64,000 nucleotides of DNA from Gammaproteobacteria bacterium (GTDB taxonomy: Bacteria; Pseudomonadota; Gammaproteobacteria; Ga0077536). The stretch spans positions 192,001 through 256,000 of the forward strand of contig CAXXLL010000003.1 of NCBI GenBank assembly GCA_963662545.2, written 5' to 3'. This document shows, in pieces, positions 20,645 to 30,355 of the stretch. Every line of letters begins with the position of its first letter. The stretch's first letter is position 1. A program made the translations under genes and the position numbers. The notes below the pieces were generated by a model. That model was given only the letters and a program-made list of their open reading frames with translations. It was not told where the DNA came from and searched no databases.

Positions 20645-21670
20645 TTACTGGATTGTCGTCGGCACCGTGTGGTCGCGCATAATCATAAACCAGATCATAC
20701 CAGCAAGACCTACGGCCAGCAGCGCCGCGATCCATTCCCTGTCGTGTTCTACGACGGCCCACGCCGCAAGCGGCCAATAGATGAAAACCGTCAGCGCAGC
20801 GAGCGCAATCGCAAGCCGGTTGGGAGACCAGCCCTTCAAGATCAAAACCTGGAAAGCGTGTGTTCGATGAGCTTCCCACCAAGAGTCGCCCGAGAGAAGG
20901 CGGCGTAGCAAGGTGAAGGTCGCGTCGACCAAGAACAGGGCAAATAGCACGATCCACGGAGCAATCGATTGACCGTAGCGTACGCCCACGATCGCCAGGG
21001 CGGCGAATTGAAACCCCAGAAAGTAGCTGCCTGAATCCCCCATGAAGACGCGCGCCGGAGCGCGGTTCCAATAAAGAAAGCCGAGCGCCGCACCCGCTAC
21101 TGCGGCTGCGACCACGGCAGCTTGCCCGGCGCCGCTGTGCAGTAAAAGGGCAACCGCCGCGACCGAATAGAGAAAGGCCTGCGTGCCGGCATATCCATCG
21201 GCACCATCCATGAAGTTGAAGAGGTTGACGACCCACACGACGAGAACCGTCGATACGACCGTTACAAGGACGGCTGGCACTACCAGCCCGGGGATTTCCA
21301 CGTCCGCCAATGCGATCGAGGTAAACACGGCGACGATCACGAACTGCGCGATCAGGCGCAACATAGCCGAACGCGAGCGGTAATCGTCCCACCATCCGAG
21401 TAACGCAAAACTCGCGCCCCCCAACCACCATGCCATGTCGGCTGGCATCGCAGCATCGTGATGCGTCGCCAAAATCCAAGCCTGGATCATCAGGACGATA
21501 CCGGCGATCCCGAGACCGGCCCCACGCGGTACCGGTACGCTGTGGAGGCTGCGGTCGTTGGGCAGATCCAGCATCGACGCGCGTATCAGATAGGGCAGCG
21601 CGCGCCCGATAAGCAATGCCGTCGCGGCTGCCGAGAAAGCGAGCACAGCGACGGTGACTGCGAGCGTCAT
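20645..21670 (-). CDS. Undecaprenyl-phosphate HexNAc-1-P transferase (MraY/WecA/WbpL family)
   Basis: DLPNDRSLH..VPRGAG, GWWDD, NLFNFMDGADG, FMGDSGS, AHRTH; ATGA overlap with upstream gene. Confidence 0.9.
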   Translation of the reverse strand: MTLAVTVAVLAFSAAATALLIGRALPYLIRASMLDLPNDRSLHSVPVPRGAGLGIAGIVLMIQAWILATHHDAAMPADMAWWLGGASFALLGWWDDYRSRSAMLRLIAQFVIVAVFTSIALADVEIPGLVVPAVLVTVVSTVLVVWVVNLFNFMDGADGYAGTQAFLYSVAAVALLLHSGAGQAAVVAAAVAGAALGFLYWNRAPARVFMGDSGSYFLGFQFAALAIVGVRYGQSIAPWIVLFALFLVDATFTLLRRLLSGDSWWEAHRTHAFQVLILKGWSPNRLAIALAALTVFIYWPLAAWAVVEHDREWIAALLAVGLAGMIWFMIMRDHTVPTTIQ

Positions 21671-22617
21671 TGGACTGTTGATTGAAACCAGGCGGCCGTT
21701 TCCCGCATCGCCTGTGCGAACGGCGTTTTCGGTTCCCACCCGAGACCATCGCGCGCGCCGGCCGCGTCAACCAGCAGCGATCCGGTCAGACGTTCAATCG
21801 CATCGCGCCGGCCGGTAAGCGTTCCAAGCGCTTGCAACAACCATGAAGGACAGGAAAAGATCTTTGGTTCGACATCCAGTGAGCGCGCCATCGCCCGCAC
21901 CAGATCCGGCGTCGAGAGTTCGATATCCGCGAGGGTGAATCCCTGCAGACCGACCGGTCCGTCACGCGCTGCACAGACGACGGCATCCGCCAGATTGCCA
22001 ACATAGATCATGCTGCGTTGGTTGCTGATATCGGCCAGCGGCAGCACGCGGCCGCGCGCGATCCAACGCATCAACGCCAGCAGATTACCCTTCATTCCGG
22101 GACCATAGACCAACGGCGGCCGCAGAACGGTGACCGCCAGATCGTCCTCCATCGCTAACTCCTTTAACGACTGTTCCGCGCGCCACTTACTCGCGCCGTA
22201 GTTGTCTCGCGGCGCGGGTGGATCGTCGAAGCGAAAACCAGGCAGAGCCGAACTGTGCTCACCATTGACCTTGATCGAACTCATGAACACCAGGCGGCGG
22301 ACATTGGCATCACGCGCTGCCTCGGCCAGCCTGCGCGTTGCGGCGACGTTGATCGACGCGTAGCGCGGCGTAGCGGCGCGGGACATGAGATCTGCCGAAT
22401 GCGTCACAGCCGCCAGATGAATGACGACATCGATGCCGTCCAAAAGGCTGTGCCACGCCTCGTATTCCTCGATCGCGCCGATCGCTGCGGGCAGCGTACC
22501 CGGCGGCTCGCGCCCGCCCCTGCGGCAGGCGGCCACCACCTCATGTCCCGATTCGCACAGGCGCTTACACACACAGCGACCGATGAAGCCATCCGCACCA
22601 GTTACGAGTATCCGCAT
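21667..22617 (-). CDS. NAD-dependent epimerase/reductase (WbpV/WbpK-like)
   Basis: GADGFIG, HLAA, MSSIKVNGE, YGASK, LRPPLVYGPG, NQRSMIYVGNL. Confidence 0.9.
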   Translation of the reverse strand: MRILVTGADGFIGRCVCKRLCESGHEVVAACRRGGREPPGTLPAAIGAIEEYEAWHSLLDGIDVVIHLAAVTHSADLMSRAATPRYASINVAATRRLAEAARDANVRRLVFMSSIKVNGEHSSALPGFRFDDPPAPRDNYGASKWRAEQSLKELAMEDDLAVTVLRPPLVYGPGMKGNLLALMRWIARGRVLPLADISNQRSMIYVGNLADAVVCAARDGPVGLQGFTLADIELSTPDLVRAMARSLDVEPKIFSCPSWLLQALGTLTGRRDAIERLTGSLLVDAAGARDGLGWEPKTPFAQAMRETAAWFQSTVQ

Positions 22618-22635
22618 GATCGTGAAGTTCTGCGT

Positions 22636-23814
22636 TTAGCCGGATCTGGATGCGTTGGAGAACGTTGCGTCTAGGATCTCGTCGTAAAATTCCAGCGTTT
22701 CGCGCGCGACTCGTTCGAGCGAGAAATCCCGCGCAACGAGATCGCGGGCGTTCTGTGCGTAGCGGCGGCGGAGCTCGGGATCAGCCAGCAGTTTTTCGAT
22801 CGCCTGCGACAGCGCAGGGGCGTCCCTGACAGGCACCACAAGACCCGTTTGCCGATCAACGCAGATCTCGCGGCAGCCCGGGACGTCCGTCGCGATAAGC
22901 GGGCGCGCGCAGGCGGCACCCTCGAGCAGGCAACGCGGCAGTCCCTCGCGATAAGACGGCAGACAGACCAAGGCGGACCGCGCGTACACCTCCGGCATGT
23001 TGCGGCAATGTCCCCACCATTCGACGACGCCCTCATCGAGCCAACGTTTCAAACTCGCCCTGTCCACGGCGCCGGGGTTGTCCGGATCATGCGCACCGGC
23101 AAGTACGAATCGCGCCGCTACGCCCCGTTCACGAAGCACGCGCGCTGCCTCGACGAATTCATTGACGCCCTTGTCGGCGAGAATGCGGGCGGGTAGTAGA
23201 ACGATGGGTGGGGTTTCTTCGAGAACGGGCTGCGGACGGTATTCATCGACGTCAACGCCGGATCCGCGAATGAGTTTGCTGCGCCCATCCGCGTCGATGC
23301 CGTGCGCTCGGAGCAATGCGAGATCGTCGGTGTTCTGCGCGAGGATCCACGACCCCGGACGGCTTAACAGCCGACGTAAGAGGCGGCCGACTACCGGTTT
23401 CAAACAACGTGCCAGGGGCGCCGTGGACGAAAACAAATAGCCGAGCCCTGTGAACGCCGAAATGCTGGGCGTATCCCGGTCACCGTTGAGCGCACACCCG
23501 CCCAAAAGGATGGGCTTTAACGATACCAGATGCACGATATCCGGCTGCAAATCCGACAGTAGCCGTCGAATCGCGCGGTAGGCCTGGAAATCTCGTAATG
23601 GGTGGCGCAAAGAACGTTCGAAAGGGATGTCGACCAAGGCAAAGCCTTCCGCCTCGAGTTCGGCGCGACGCGATCCGATGCGCGTACCGACGCACACCTC
23701 GTAGCCGGCGTCGCGGGCGAATCGCGCGAGTCCAATCCGGTGAGAGCAGAAATACCAGTCTTCGGTTACCAGAAAAGTGACCCGTCGTTTGCGCTCGGAA
23801 CGGTTGGCGTTCAA
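22636..23814 (-). CDS. Glycosyltransferase family 4 (CapM/PglA-like)
   Basis: TEDWYFCSHR, GSGVD, KGVNEF, LPSYREGLP, TDVPGCRE. Confidence 0.9.
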   Translation of the reverse strand: MNANRSERKRRVTFLVTEDWYFCSHRIGLARFARDAGYEVCVGTRIGSRRAELEAEGFALVDIPFERSLRHPLRDFQAYRAIRRLLSDLQPDIVHLVSLKPILLGGCALNGDRDTPSISAFTGLGYLFSSTAPLARCLKPVVGRLLRRLLSRPGSWILAQNTDDLALLRAHGIDADGRSKLIRGSGVDVDEYRPQPVLEETPPIVLLPARILADKGVNEFVEAARVLRERGVAARFVLAGAHDPDNPGAVDRASLKRWLDEGVVEWWGHCRNMPEVYARSALVCLPSYREGLPRCLLEGAACARPLIATDVPGCREICVDRQTGLVVPVRDAPALSQAIEKLLADPELRRRYAQNARDLVARDFSLERVARETLEFYDEILDATFSNASRSG

Positions 23815-23842
23815 TCGCTGCTCACCTTGACCGCGAAATTAA

Positions 23843-23899
23843 ATTCGCCCGCAAGCGGGCGAATCGAAATCTGACTCGTGAATCGGAACACCTGCTTAG
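23843..23899. repeat. Collapsed REP palindrome with conserved flank
   Basis: attcgcccgc-aa-gcgggcgaat then ...ctcgt...aacacctgcttag; same arm and terminus as 58766-58860. Confidence 0.65.
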
Positions 23900-25848
23900 T
23901 ACCCCCAGACGTCGCGCCAGGCTTCGAAGTTGAGAATGCCCCATAACTGATACTGCAGGTTTTGCCCGCCGGCAAGATGTGCGTGCCAGGTGTCGCGGGC
24001 GACTTGCGGTTCGAAATACCCTCCCGCGCGCAAGCGCTGCTCGCTCAGCAGATCTTCCGCCCATTCCCGCAACGGGCCGCGCAGCCAGGCGTCGATGGGG
24101 ACGCCAAACCCCTGCTTGGGACGATCGAACAGGGGCCGCGGCAGATATCGCTCCAGCACCCGCCGCAGGATCCATTTGCCCTCATTGCCGCGCAGTTTGT
24201 GATCGAGTGGCAGGCGCCATGCGAAATCGATGACAGCCGGATCCAGAAACGGGATCCGGGTTTCAAGGCTGCAGGCCATCGCGGCACGATCGACCTTGGT
24301 CAGGATATCGCCGGGCAGATAGTGCTTTGCGTCGAGGACCATCATTTTGGAAATGGAATCAAACGCGGCGCCCGAAGGGAACTTCATGTCGGTTTCGTCA
24401 ACGGTATCGCGCACGCCCATGACCAGTTCGGACGGTCGTTGCCACAATGAGACCAGCCTGACGTACAGGTCGAGTGGGTCGATTGCGGTCAACAAACGCG
24501 CGAGCTTGTGTATCTTGTCGCCCGCGCTGGCGTAGCGGTAGCGCACCGGCAGCAACGGCGAGAGGGTTCCGAACAGCAAGTCCCATGCGCGCGGACTCAG
24601 AGCGTGCAATACACGGGCAGCAACTCCGCGCATTGGCATCGGCAGGGAAGCGACGCGGCGCCAGATAGTGCCGACGAGTGTATATCGAAGGTAACCTGCA
24701 AACAGCTCGTCACCGGCGTCCCCGGACATCGCCACCGTCACCGCGCGGCGCGCGAGACGCGCGACGAGAAAGGTCGGGATCTGTGAGGAGTCGGCGAAGG
24801 GTTCATCATAGATCGTGCACATTCGCGGAATGACGCTTAGCGCCGCGGCGGCGTCGACATATAACTCGGTATGATCAGTGCCGAGGTGCGCGGCGACCGC
24901 TTTGGCCTGCGGCGCTTCGTTATAACCCGGGATATCGAAGCCGATACTGAACGTCTTGATGGCCTCGGTGCTTTGGGCCTGCATCAAGGCTACGATGATC
25001 GAGGAATCGATCCCGCCCGAAAGGAAGGCGCCCAACGGTACATCCGCTACCGCGCGCTGTCGTACCACGCGGCGCAGCAATATATCGAGCTGCTCTACCG
25101 CTTCCCGCTCGTCGAGCGGCTGCATGGCGTTCAAGCCCGCTTCCGCCGTCGCTTCGAGCGACCAATATTCGCGGACTTGGGGCAGTGTTCCGGCCGAGGC
25201 CGCGGACAGGACGCACCAGCTTCCGGGAGTGAGTTTTCGAAACCCCTTGAAAACGCAGTGCGGATCGGGGATGTAATTGTAGCGCACGTAAAGGGCCAGC
25301 GCTTCGCGGTCGATGGCGGGCTTGAAGCCGTCGATGACCGTAAACGCCTTGAGCTCTGAGGCGAACAGGAAATCGCTGCCGTACCAACCGTAATAGAGCG
25401 GCTTCTCCCCGACTTTGTCCCGCGCGAGGAATAGACACCGGTCCCGCCGATCCCACACTGCGAGGGCAAACATCCCGTCGACGGCTTGCAGCGCCGATTC
25501 GAGGCCCCACTCAGCGATCGACTGGAGTAGAACTTCCGTATCGGAACGCCCCGTAAATCGATGCCCCAGGTCCTCGAGCTGCTCTCGCAATTCGGCAAAG
25601 TTGTAGATTTCACCGTTGTAGGTCATGACGTACCGTTCGCAGTGGGAGCTCATCGGTTGATGGCCTGCCTCCGATACATCGATCACGGAAAGCCGCGCAT
25701 GTCCTAGCGCGACTCCTTCGGATACGGCCGACCACGAACCCGAGGAATCGGGACCGCGGTGATCGAGCATCGCGGCCATCGCCTTGGCCCGCGATTCGAG
25801 GCCGTCCGCATCCGATCGGATCGTGAGAATACCTGCTATACCGCACAT
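23896..25848 (-). CDS. asnB: Asparagine synthase-like glutamine amidotransferase (polysaccharide amidation, WbpS-like)
   Basis: N-terminal MCGIAG, HRGPD, YNGEIYN, GEKPLYY, FLSGGIDSS, SGDAGDELFAGY, KQGFGVP. Confidence 0.93.
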   Translation of the reverse strand: MCGIAGILTIRSDADGLESRAKAMAAMLDHRGPDSSGSWSAVSEGVALGHARLSVIDVSEAGHQPMSSHCERYVMTYNGEIYNFAELREQLEDLGHRFTGRSDTEVLLQSIAEWGLESALQAVDGMFALAVWDRRDRCLFLARDKVGEKPLYYGWYGSDFLFASELKAFTVIDGFKPAIDREALALYVRYNYIPDPHCVFKGFRKLTPGSWCVLSAASAGTLPQVREYWSLEATAEAGLNAMQPLDEREAVEQLDILLRRVVRQRAVADVPLGAFLSGGIDSSIIVALMQAQSTEAIKTFSIGFDIPGYNEAPQAKAVAAHLGTDHTELYVDAAAALSVIPRMCTIYDEPFADSSQIPTFLVARLARRAVTVAMSGDAGDELFAGYLRYTLVGTIWRRVASLPMPMRGVAARVLHALSPRAWDLLFGTLSPLLPVRYRYASAGDKIHKLARLLTAIDPLDLYVRLVSLWQRPSELVMGVRDTVDETDMKFPSGAAFDSISKMMVLDAKHYLPGDILTKVDRAAMACSLETRIPFLDPAVIDFAWRLPLDHKLRGNEGKWILRRVLERYLPRPLFDRPKQGFGVPIDAWLRGPLREWAEDLLSEQRLRAGGYFEPQVARDTWHAHLAGGQNLQYQLWGILNFEAWRDVWGY

Positions 25849-25956
25849 AAGAATCGCCAGCAATTCATTGCGCGATCCGGGACGGGGAATGTCCAGGCCT
25901 CCGCGGCGTGATACCGCATGGCGCCACTTCGAACACATGTCCCACCCGCATGCGTA

Positions 25957-27108
25957 TCACGCAATGCGGGCGGACTCCGGCACGGGCATGGCCGCACCTG
26001 ACGCGAGATTGCCATAGAGATCGGCATATGCCTGAGCGCACGATTGGAGTCCGAACCGTCGTATGACACGATCGTGCGCGGTGCGACCCAAGGCGAGGCG
26101 ATCTTCATCTTCGATCAAGGACAACAAAGCCCGCGTCAGTGCAGCCTCGTCGTCAGCGGGTATTAACAGGCCGCAGCCCTCGAGCGCGTCGGGATTGCCG
26201 CCGACATCCGTCGCGACCGTCGCCAGGCCCGCGCGCATCTTCTCGAGCAGGGAATTACTGAATCCCTCCTGCTTGGACGGCAATGCCGCGATGTCACAGG
26301 CCGACAAGTAGACCGATAATTCGTCTTTTTCGCCTTCCCAGCGAACGATACTGCCGATTCCGACTTCGTCGGCATGACGTTGAAGATCAGCGCCGATCCC
26401 GTCGTCACGTCCGACACAAAACCAGACCAGAGCGTTTTTTGCCTGATCAGGCAAGGCCGCGATCGCGTCGAGCAGCGTCATGTGCCCCTTGTACGGGATC
26501 AGGTTGCCGATGGTGAGCCCCGCGACGACGCCGTCGGCCAGATCCAGTTGATCGCGTGCGCGCTCCACTTCGTCGGTGCTCGGCAATGCACTCGGCGCAA
26601 TACCACTGTAGATGAGCCCGATTTTGGACGGGGCGGCACCCTCGCCTTTGAGTTGCGCGATGATCGCCCGTGAGTTTCCGAGCAGCACCGTCGTGAAGCG
26701 GTGTAGAGCGCTTTCCAGGGTTCGAAATCCCGGATATTTCCGTTGATAGTCGTCCAGGCTGCGCCGGCTCATAACCCGGCGGGCGGTGCCCGTGAACATC
26801 GAACAAATCGAGCCAACGACATAAGCTTCCGGGAGAAAGAAATGCATCACGTTCGGCCGATAAACTCGCAATTGACGGGTGAGCCGAATCATCAGGGCCG
26901 GCAGCGAGTGCCAACCACGCCCGCCGATCCCTTCAAAGACATCGATACCCGCGTCGCGCATCAAAGGGGTCAACACGCCGCCGGCCTGCAGAGTGAATAC
27001 GGCGGTCTCTATGCCGCGATGTTTCAATACCGGCAATACCGCCAGCAGATGCCGTTCTGTTCCGCCACGGTCGAGCTTGCCGATGACGACGGCAACTCTA
27101 ACCCGCAT
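25957..27108 (-). CDS. Glycosyltransferase family 4
   Basis: GGTERH, KGH, PSKQEGFSNSLLE, TDVGG. Confidence 0.9.
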   Translation of the reverse strand: MRVRVAVVIGKLDRGGTERHLLAVLPVLKHRGIETAVFTLQAGGVLTPLMRDAGIDVFEGIGGRGWHSLPALMIRLTRQLRVYRPNVMHFFLPEAYVVGSICSMFTGTARRVMSRRSLDDYQRKYPGFRTLESALHRFTTVLLGNSRAIIAQLKGEGAAPSKIGLIYSGIAPSALPSTDEVERARDQLDLADGVVAGLTIGNLIPYKGHMTLLDAIAALPDQAKNALVWFCVGRDDGIGADLQRHADEVGIGSIVRWEGEKDELSVYLSACDIAALPSKQEGFSNSLLEKMRAGLATVATDVGGNPDALEGCGLLIPADDEAALTRALLSLIEDEDRLALGRTAHDRVIRRFGLQSCAQAYADLYGNLASGAAMPVPESARIA

Positions 27109-27146
27109 TACTCACCAATCTCCTGCTCCGAACTCCGCGCACTGAG

Positions 27147-28259
27147 TCATGTGATGCTCAACTCGTGGAATAGTTTAAACCACGCACGCTTGATGGTGTC
27201 GGGATGAAATCGCTGGGCTACCTGAGGTGCGTTCGCGGCCAACTTGCTGCGCAAGCCCTCATCTTCGATCAAGTTTCTCAGGGCCTTCGCCATGGCATCG
27301 ATGTCTCCTGCGGTAACGAGAAGTCCGTTGATCCTGTCTGCTACAATCTCGCGCGGACCGCTCGGACAATCTGTGGCAATCACCGCGCAACCCGACGCCA
27401 TGGCCTCACACAGCGCAATGCCAAACCCTTCGTGCCGCGAGCTCGAAACGAAGATCGCGGCTTTTTGATAAAACGCCCAGGGATCGGATTTCACCCCCGG
27501 TAGCGACACGCGATCCACCAAGCCCAGTTGCGCGACCGCCTGTTCGAGGCTGGCGCGTTGGCCGCCTTCGCCCAGGATCAACAAGCGCCAGTCCGGTCGA
27601 TCATAGGTCGCCTCGGCAAATGCCGGAATGAGCAGGTCATATCCTTTTTCGGATCCCAGGCGACCGACCGAGAGGACGAGCTGGTCGCGTGAAGTACGGT
27701 CCGGATCCGGCAGCACGTCGGGAACCGGGACTGCGTTCGCGATCACGCGGACGCGGATCAGGGGCAGGCGCTCGAACCATTCGCGCGCACCGCGGCTGTG
27801 CACCACCAACCGGCTCGCCAGCGGGTAGCTCAGCCAACGGAGGAGCCGCCAGATCCTGCCCTGTGGTGAAAACGACGGCTCCGATTCCTCGCAGACGATG
27901 ATGCGTAAGCCTAGACCGAATGATGCCAACAGAGTGAGAACGTTGGTGACGTGTACAAACGAAATGACCAGCGCCGGCTCGGCATCCGCCAACGCTTTTC
28001 GTAGCGATTTGAGCCGCCTCCAGTTCGCCGCGAGTGCCTCCCCAGGCGAACGGCTGTCACGCGTCAAATCGAGCCGTTTTACTCGAACGCCGGATACGAG
28101 CGCCGCAGTTGCGAACTCGGTCGCCACAGGCTCGAAGGTCAGGACATCGACGTCAAATCCTTCACCAGCCAGCATATTCGTGAGGTGGATCGCCGAGCGT
28201 TCGGCGCCGCCTACACCGAGGCTGCTGATCACGATCACGATGCGGCCTTGCTCGGCCAC
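27147..28259 (-). CDS. Glycosyltransferase family 4 (PglH/PglJ/AmsD-like)
   Basis: GGAER, VGRLGSEKGYDLLI, SSRHEGFGIALCEAMASG, TDCPSGPREI. Confidence 0.9.
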   Translation of the reverse strand: MAEQGRIVIVISSLGVGGAERSAIHLTNMLAGEGFDVDVLTFEPVATEFATAALVSGVRVKRLDLTRDSRSPGEALAANWRRLKSLRKALADAEPALVISFVHVTNVLTLLASFGLGLRIIVCEESEPSFSPQGRIWRLLRWLSYPLASRLVVHSRGAREWFERLPLIRVRVIANAVPVPDVLPDPDRTSRDQLVLSVGRLGSEKGYDLLIPAFAEATYDRPDWRLLILGEGGQRASLEQAVAQLGLVDRVSLPGVKSDPWAFYQKAAIFVSSSRHEGFGIALCEAMASGCAVIATDCPSGPREIVADRINGLLVTAGDIDAMAKALRNLIEDEGLRSKLAANAPQVAQRFHPDTIKRAWFKLFHELSIT

Positions 28260-28269
28260 GCCCGCCGAA

Positions 28270-29235
28270 TCACGCGTCGAGTTCGTTGTCGATGTCTCTT
28301 TTATCGAGATAGCGCCCGTAGATAGTTTTGAGCGGCCGGCTCATTGGCAGCAGGGACAAATAGCCCATTAGTTTCAACGACCGACGGCGATCCGAACGGA
28401 TGCGTCGCGGCCAAACGGCACGATGCGCGAATGACTTCCATAAGTACCGGCGCGCCGGAACGCGTTCGTCATGGAGCGCCAGCACCGCGGCGAAATAATA
28501 GGCGGCGCTCAGCGCCTGGCTTTCCAGACGACGTATCGATTCAGACAGGTCATCGCGCGCGAAGAACGATTCGATCAGGCGAATCCTTGACGCCGCCATC
28601 GCTGCTGAGCGATTACTCATCGAGGTATTCGCTTCATGGCGACGCCACGAAGCGAGCACCCGCGGAATGCGTTGCATTGGCCCACGCGAACCAAGGCGCA
28701 GCCACGCCTCGAAATCACCGTTCAGGGGGAACGCCGCCGAACGAACCGCTTCGTCCCCGAACGCTGAACGGCGAAAGAACGTGCCGGGTCCGGGAATGCA
28801 GTAATGCTCCTCGAGCATGCGTGCAAAATCGTAATCGGGCGCCTCGTGGATCGCCGCCGCACCGCCGCGCTCATCGATCGACTGCCAGTCGGGATAGACC
28901 GCAACCAGCGCTTCGTTTTTCGCGAGAACCTCGGTCGCGGCCGCGATGAGCCCGGGCAGTATGGGATCATCCGCATTGACGATTGCGATGATGTCGTTCG
29001 AGGCGGCTTCTACCCCGGCATTGACGGCGGCCGACTCGCCTTGATTGTCCTGATGGAGAATCCTGACCCTGGCCGCGTATTTACCGAGCAGCTCGGGCGT
29101 GCCATCCCGCGACCCGTCATCGACGACGACGTATTCGAGATCCGGATAATTTTGCTCGAGAACGCTCAAGAGCGTCTCTTCGATGAAAGCTTCGCCGTTG
29201 TAAACCGGCGTGATGATCGTTGCCGGAAGCGACAA
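28270..29235 (-). CDS. Glycosyltransferase family 2
   Basis: IITPVYNGE, VVDDGSRDGT, NQGESAAVNAG, VNADD. Confidence 0.9.
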   Translation of the reverse strand: MSLPATIITPVYNGEAFIEETLLSVLEQNYPDLEYVVVDDGSRDGTPELLGKYAARVRILHQDNQGESAAVNAGVEAASNDIIAIVNADDPILPGLIAAATEVLAKNEALVAVYPDWQSIDERGGAAAIHEAPDYDFARMLEEHYCIPGPGTFFRRSAFGDEAVRSAAFPLNGDFEAWLRLGSRGPMQRIPRVLASWRRHEANTSMSNRSAAMAASRIRLIESFFARDDLSESIRRLESQALSAAYYFAAVLALHDERVPARRYLWKSFAHRAVWPRRIRSDRRRSLKLMGYLSLLPMSRPLKTIYGRYLDKRDIDNELDA

Positions 29236-29248
29236 AGGCTTGCGAGTC

Positions 29249-30355
29249 TTACTGCTCTGCGCTTAACGGCGCGATGCACCGGTGGTAGCCGAGTACGATT
29301 CGAACGACCGTTTCGCTGACTGCGTTCTTGAGGTACTCCTGCGGGGGCTGCCATTCGTTACGGATGGACAAAACCGCGTTCACGCACCTCAAGATGGTGT
29401 CCGGATCGCCGCCGCTGAGAATGTTGCTGCCGCACTCGATCGTCTCCGGCCGCTCGGTGACGTCGCGCAGGGTTACGTTTGGCTGCCCCAGGATCGCGCA
29501 CTCCTCCTGCACCGTGCCGCTGTCACTCAGGACGCAGCGCGCGCCTTTCTGCAGCCGCATGAAATCGAAAAATCCAAATGGATCCGGAAACCGGACGCGA
29601 TCGTCGACGGCGAAGCCGGCGGCTTCCATCCGGGCCCGGGTACGCGGATGGGTACTGACGATCACGGGGCAATCATAAGTCTCGGCAAGCCGCTCCAGCG
29701 CCTGCAGAAATCCCCGCAGACGGCTTTCGATATCGACGTTTTCAGCGCGATGCAGGGTCACCAGGAAGTAGTCCTTGTCTCCCAGTTCGAGTCGGCCGAG
29801 CACGCCTGATGATTCAATCTCGCCCGCGGCCCAATTCATCACCTCGTAGATCGGGTTGCCGGTGACGAAGATGCGGTCGCTCGCGATCCCTTCGCGCAGG
29901 AGGTTGGCGCGGCTGCGTTCCGTGTATGGCATGAGGATATCGGTGGCATGATCGATGATGCGCCGGTTGACTTCTTCGGGCACGCGATCGTCGAAGCAGC
30001 GGTTGCCCGCCTCCATGTGGAATACGGGAATGCCGCGTCGTTTGGCCACGATGGCGCACAGGCTCGAATTGGTGTCGCCGAGCAGTAGCAGCCTCGACGG
30101 TTCGAACTCGTCGAATGCTCCCTCGCAGCCGCTCAATATCTGACCAATTTGATCACCGAGTTTTTCGGCACGAACGCCGAGGACCTGGTCGGGTGCACGC
30201 ACGCCGAGCTCTTCGAAAAATTGATCGCTCAAGGCCGGATGATAATTCTGCCCGGTATGCACCAGGACGTGATCGCACAGTGCATCGAGCCTGGGAATGA
30301 TTTGGGACAGCCGGATGATCTCGGGGCGCGTTCCGAGAACGGTCATCACCTTCAT
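29249..30355 (-). CDS. wecB: Non-hydrolysing UDP-HexNAc 2-epimerase (FnlC/QnlB-type)
   Basis: GTRPEIIRLS, HTGQNY, GDTNS, HMEAGNRCFD.RVPEEVNR, HRAENVD, SDSGTVQEE, TERPE. Confidence 0.9.
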   Translation of the reverse strand: MKVMTVLGTRPEIIRLSQIIPRLDALCDHVLVHTGQNYHPALSDQFFEELGVRAPDQVLGVRAEKLGDQIGQILSGCEGAFDEFEPSRLLLLGDTNSSLCAIVAKRRGIPVFHMEAGNRCFDDRVPEEVNRRIIDHATDILMPYTERSRANLLREGIASDRIFVTGNPIYEVMNWAAGEIESSGVLGRLELGDKDYFLVTLHRAENVDIESRLRGFLQALERLAETYDCPVIVSTHPRTRARMEAAGFAVDDRVRFPDPFGFFDFMRLQKGARCVLSDSGTVQEECAILGQPNVTLRDVTERPETIECGSNILSGGDPDTILRCVNAVLSIRNEWQPPQEYLKNAVSETVVRIVLGYHRCIAPLSAEQ

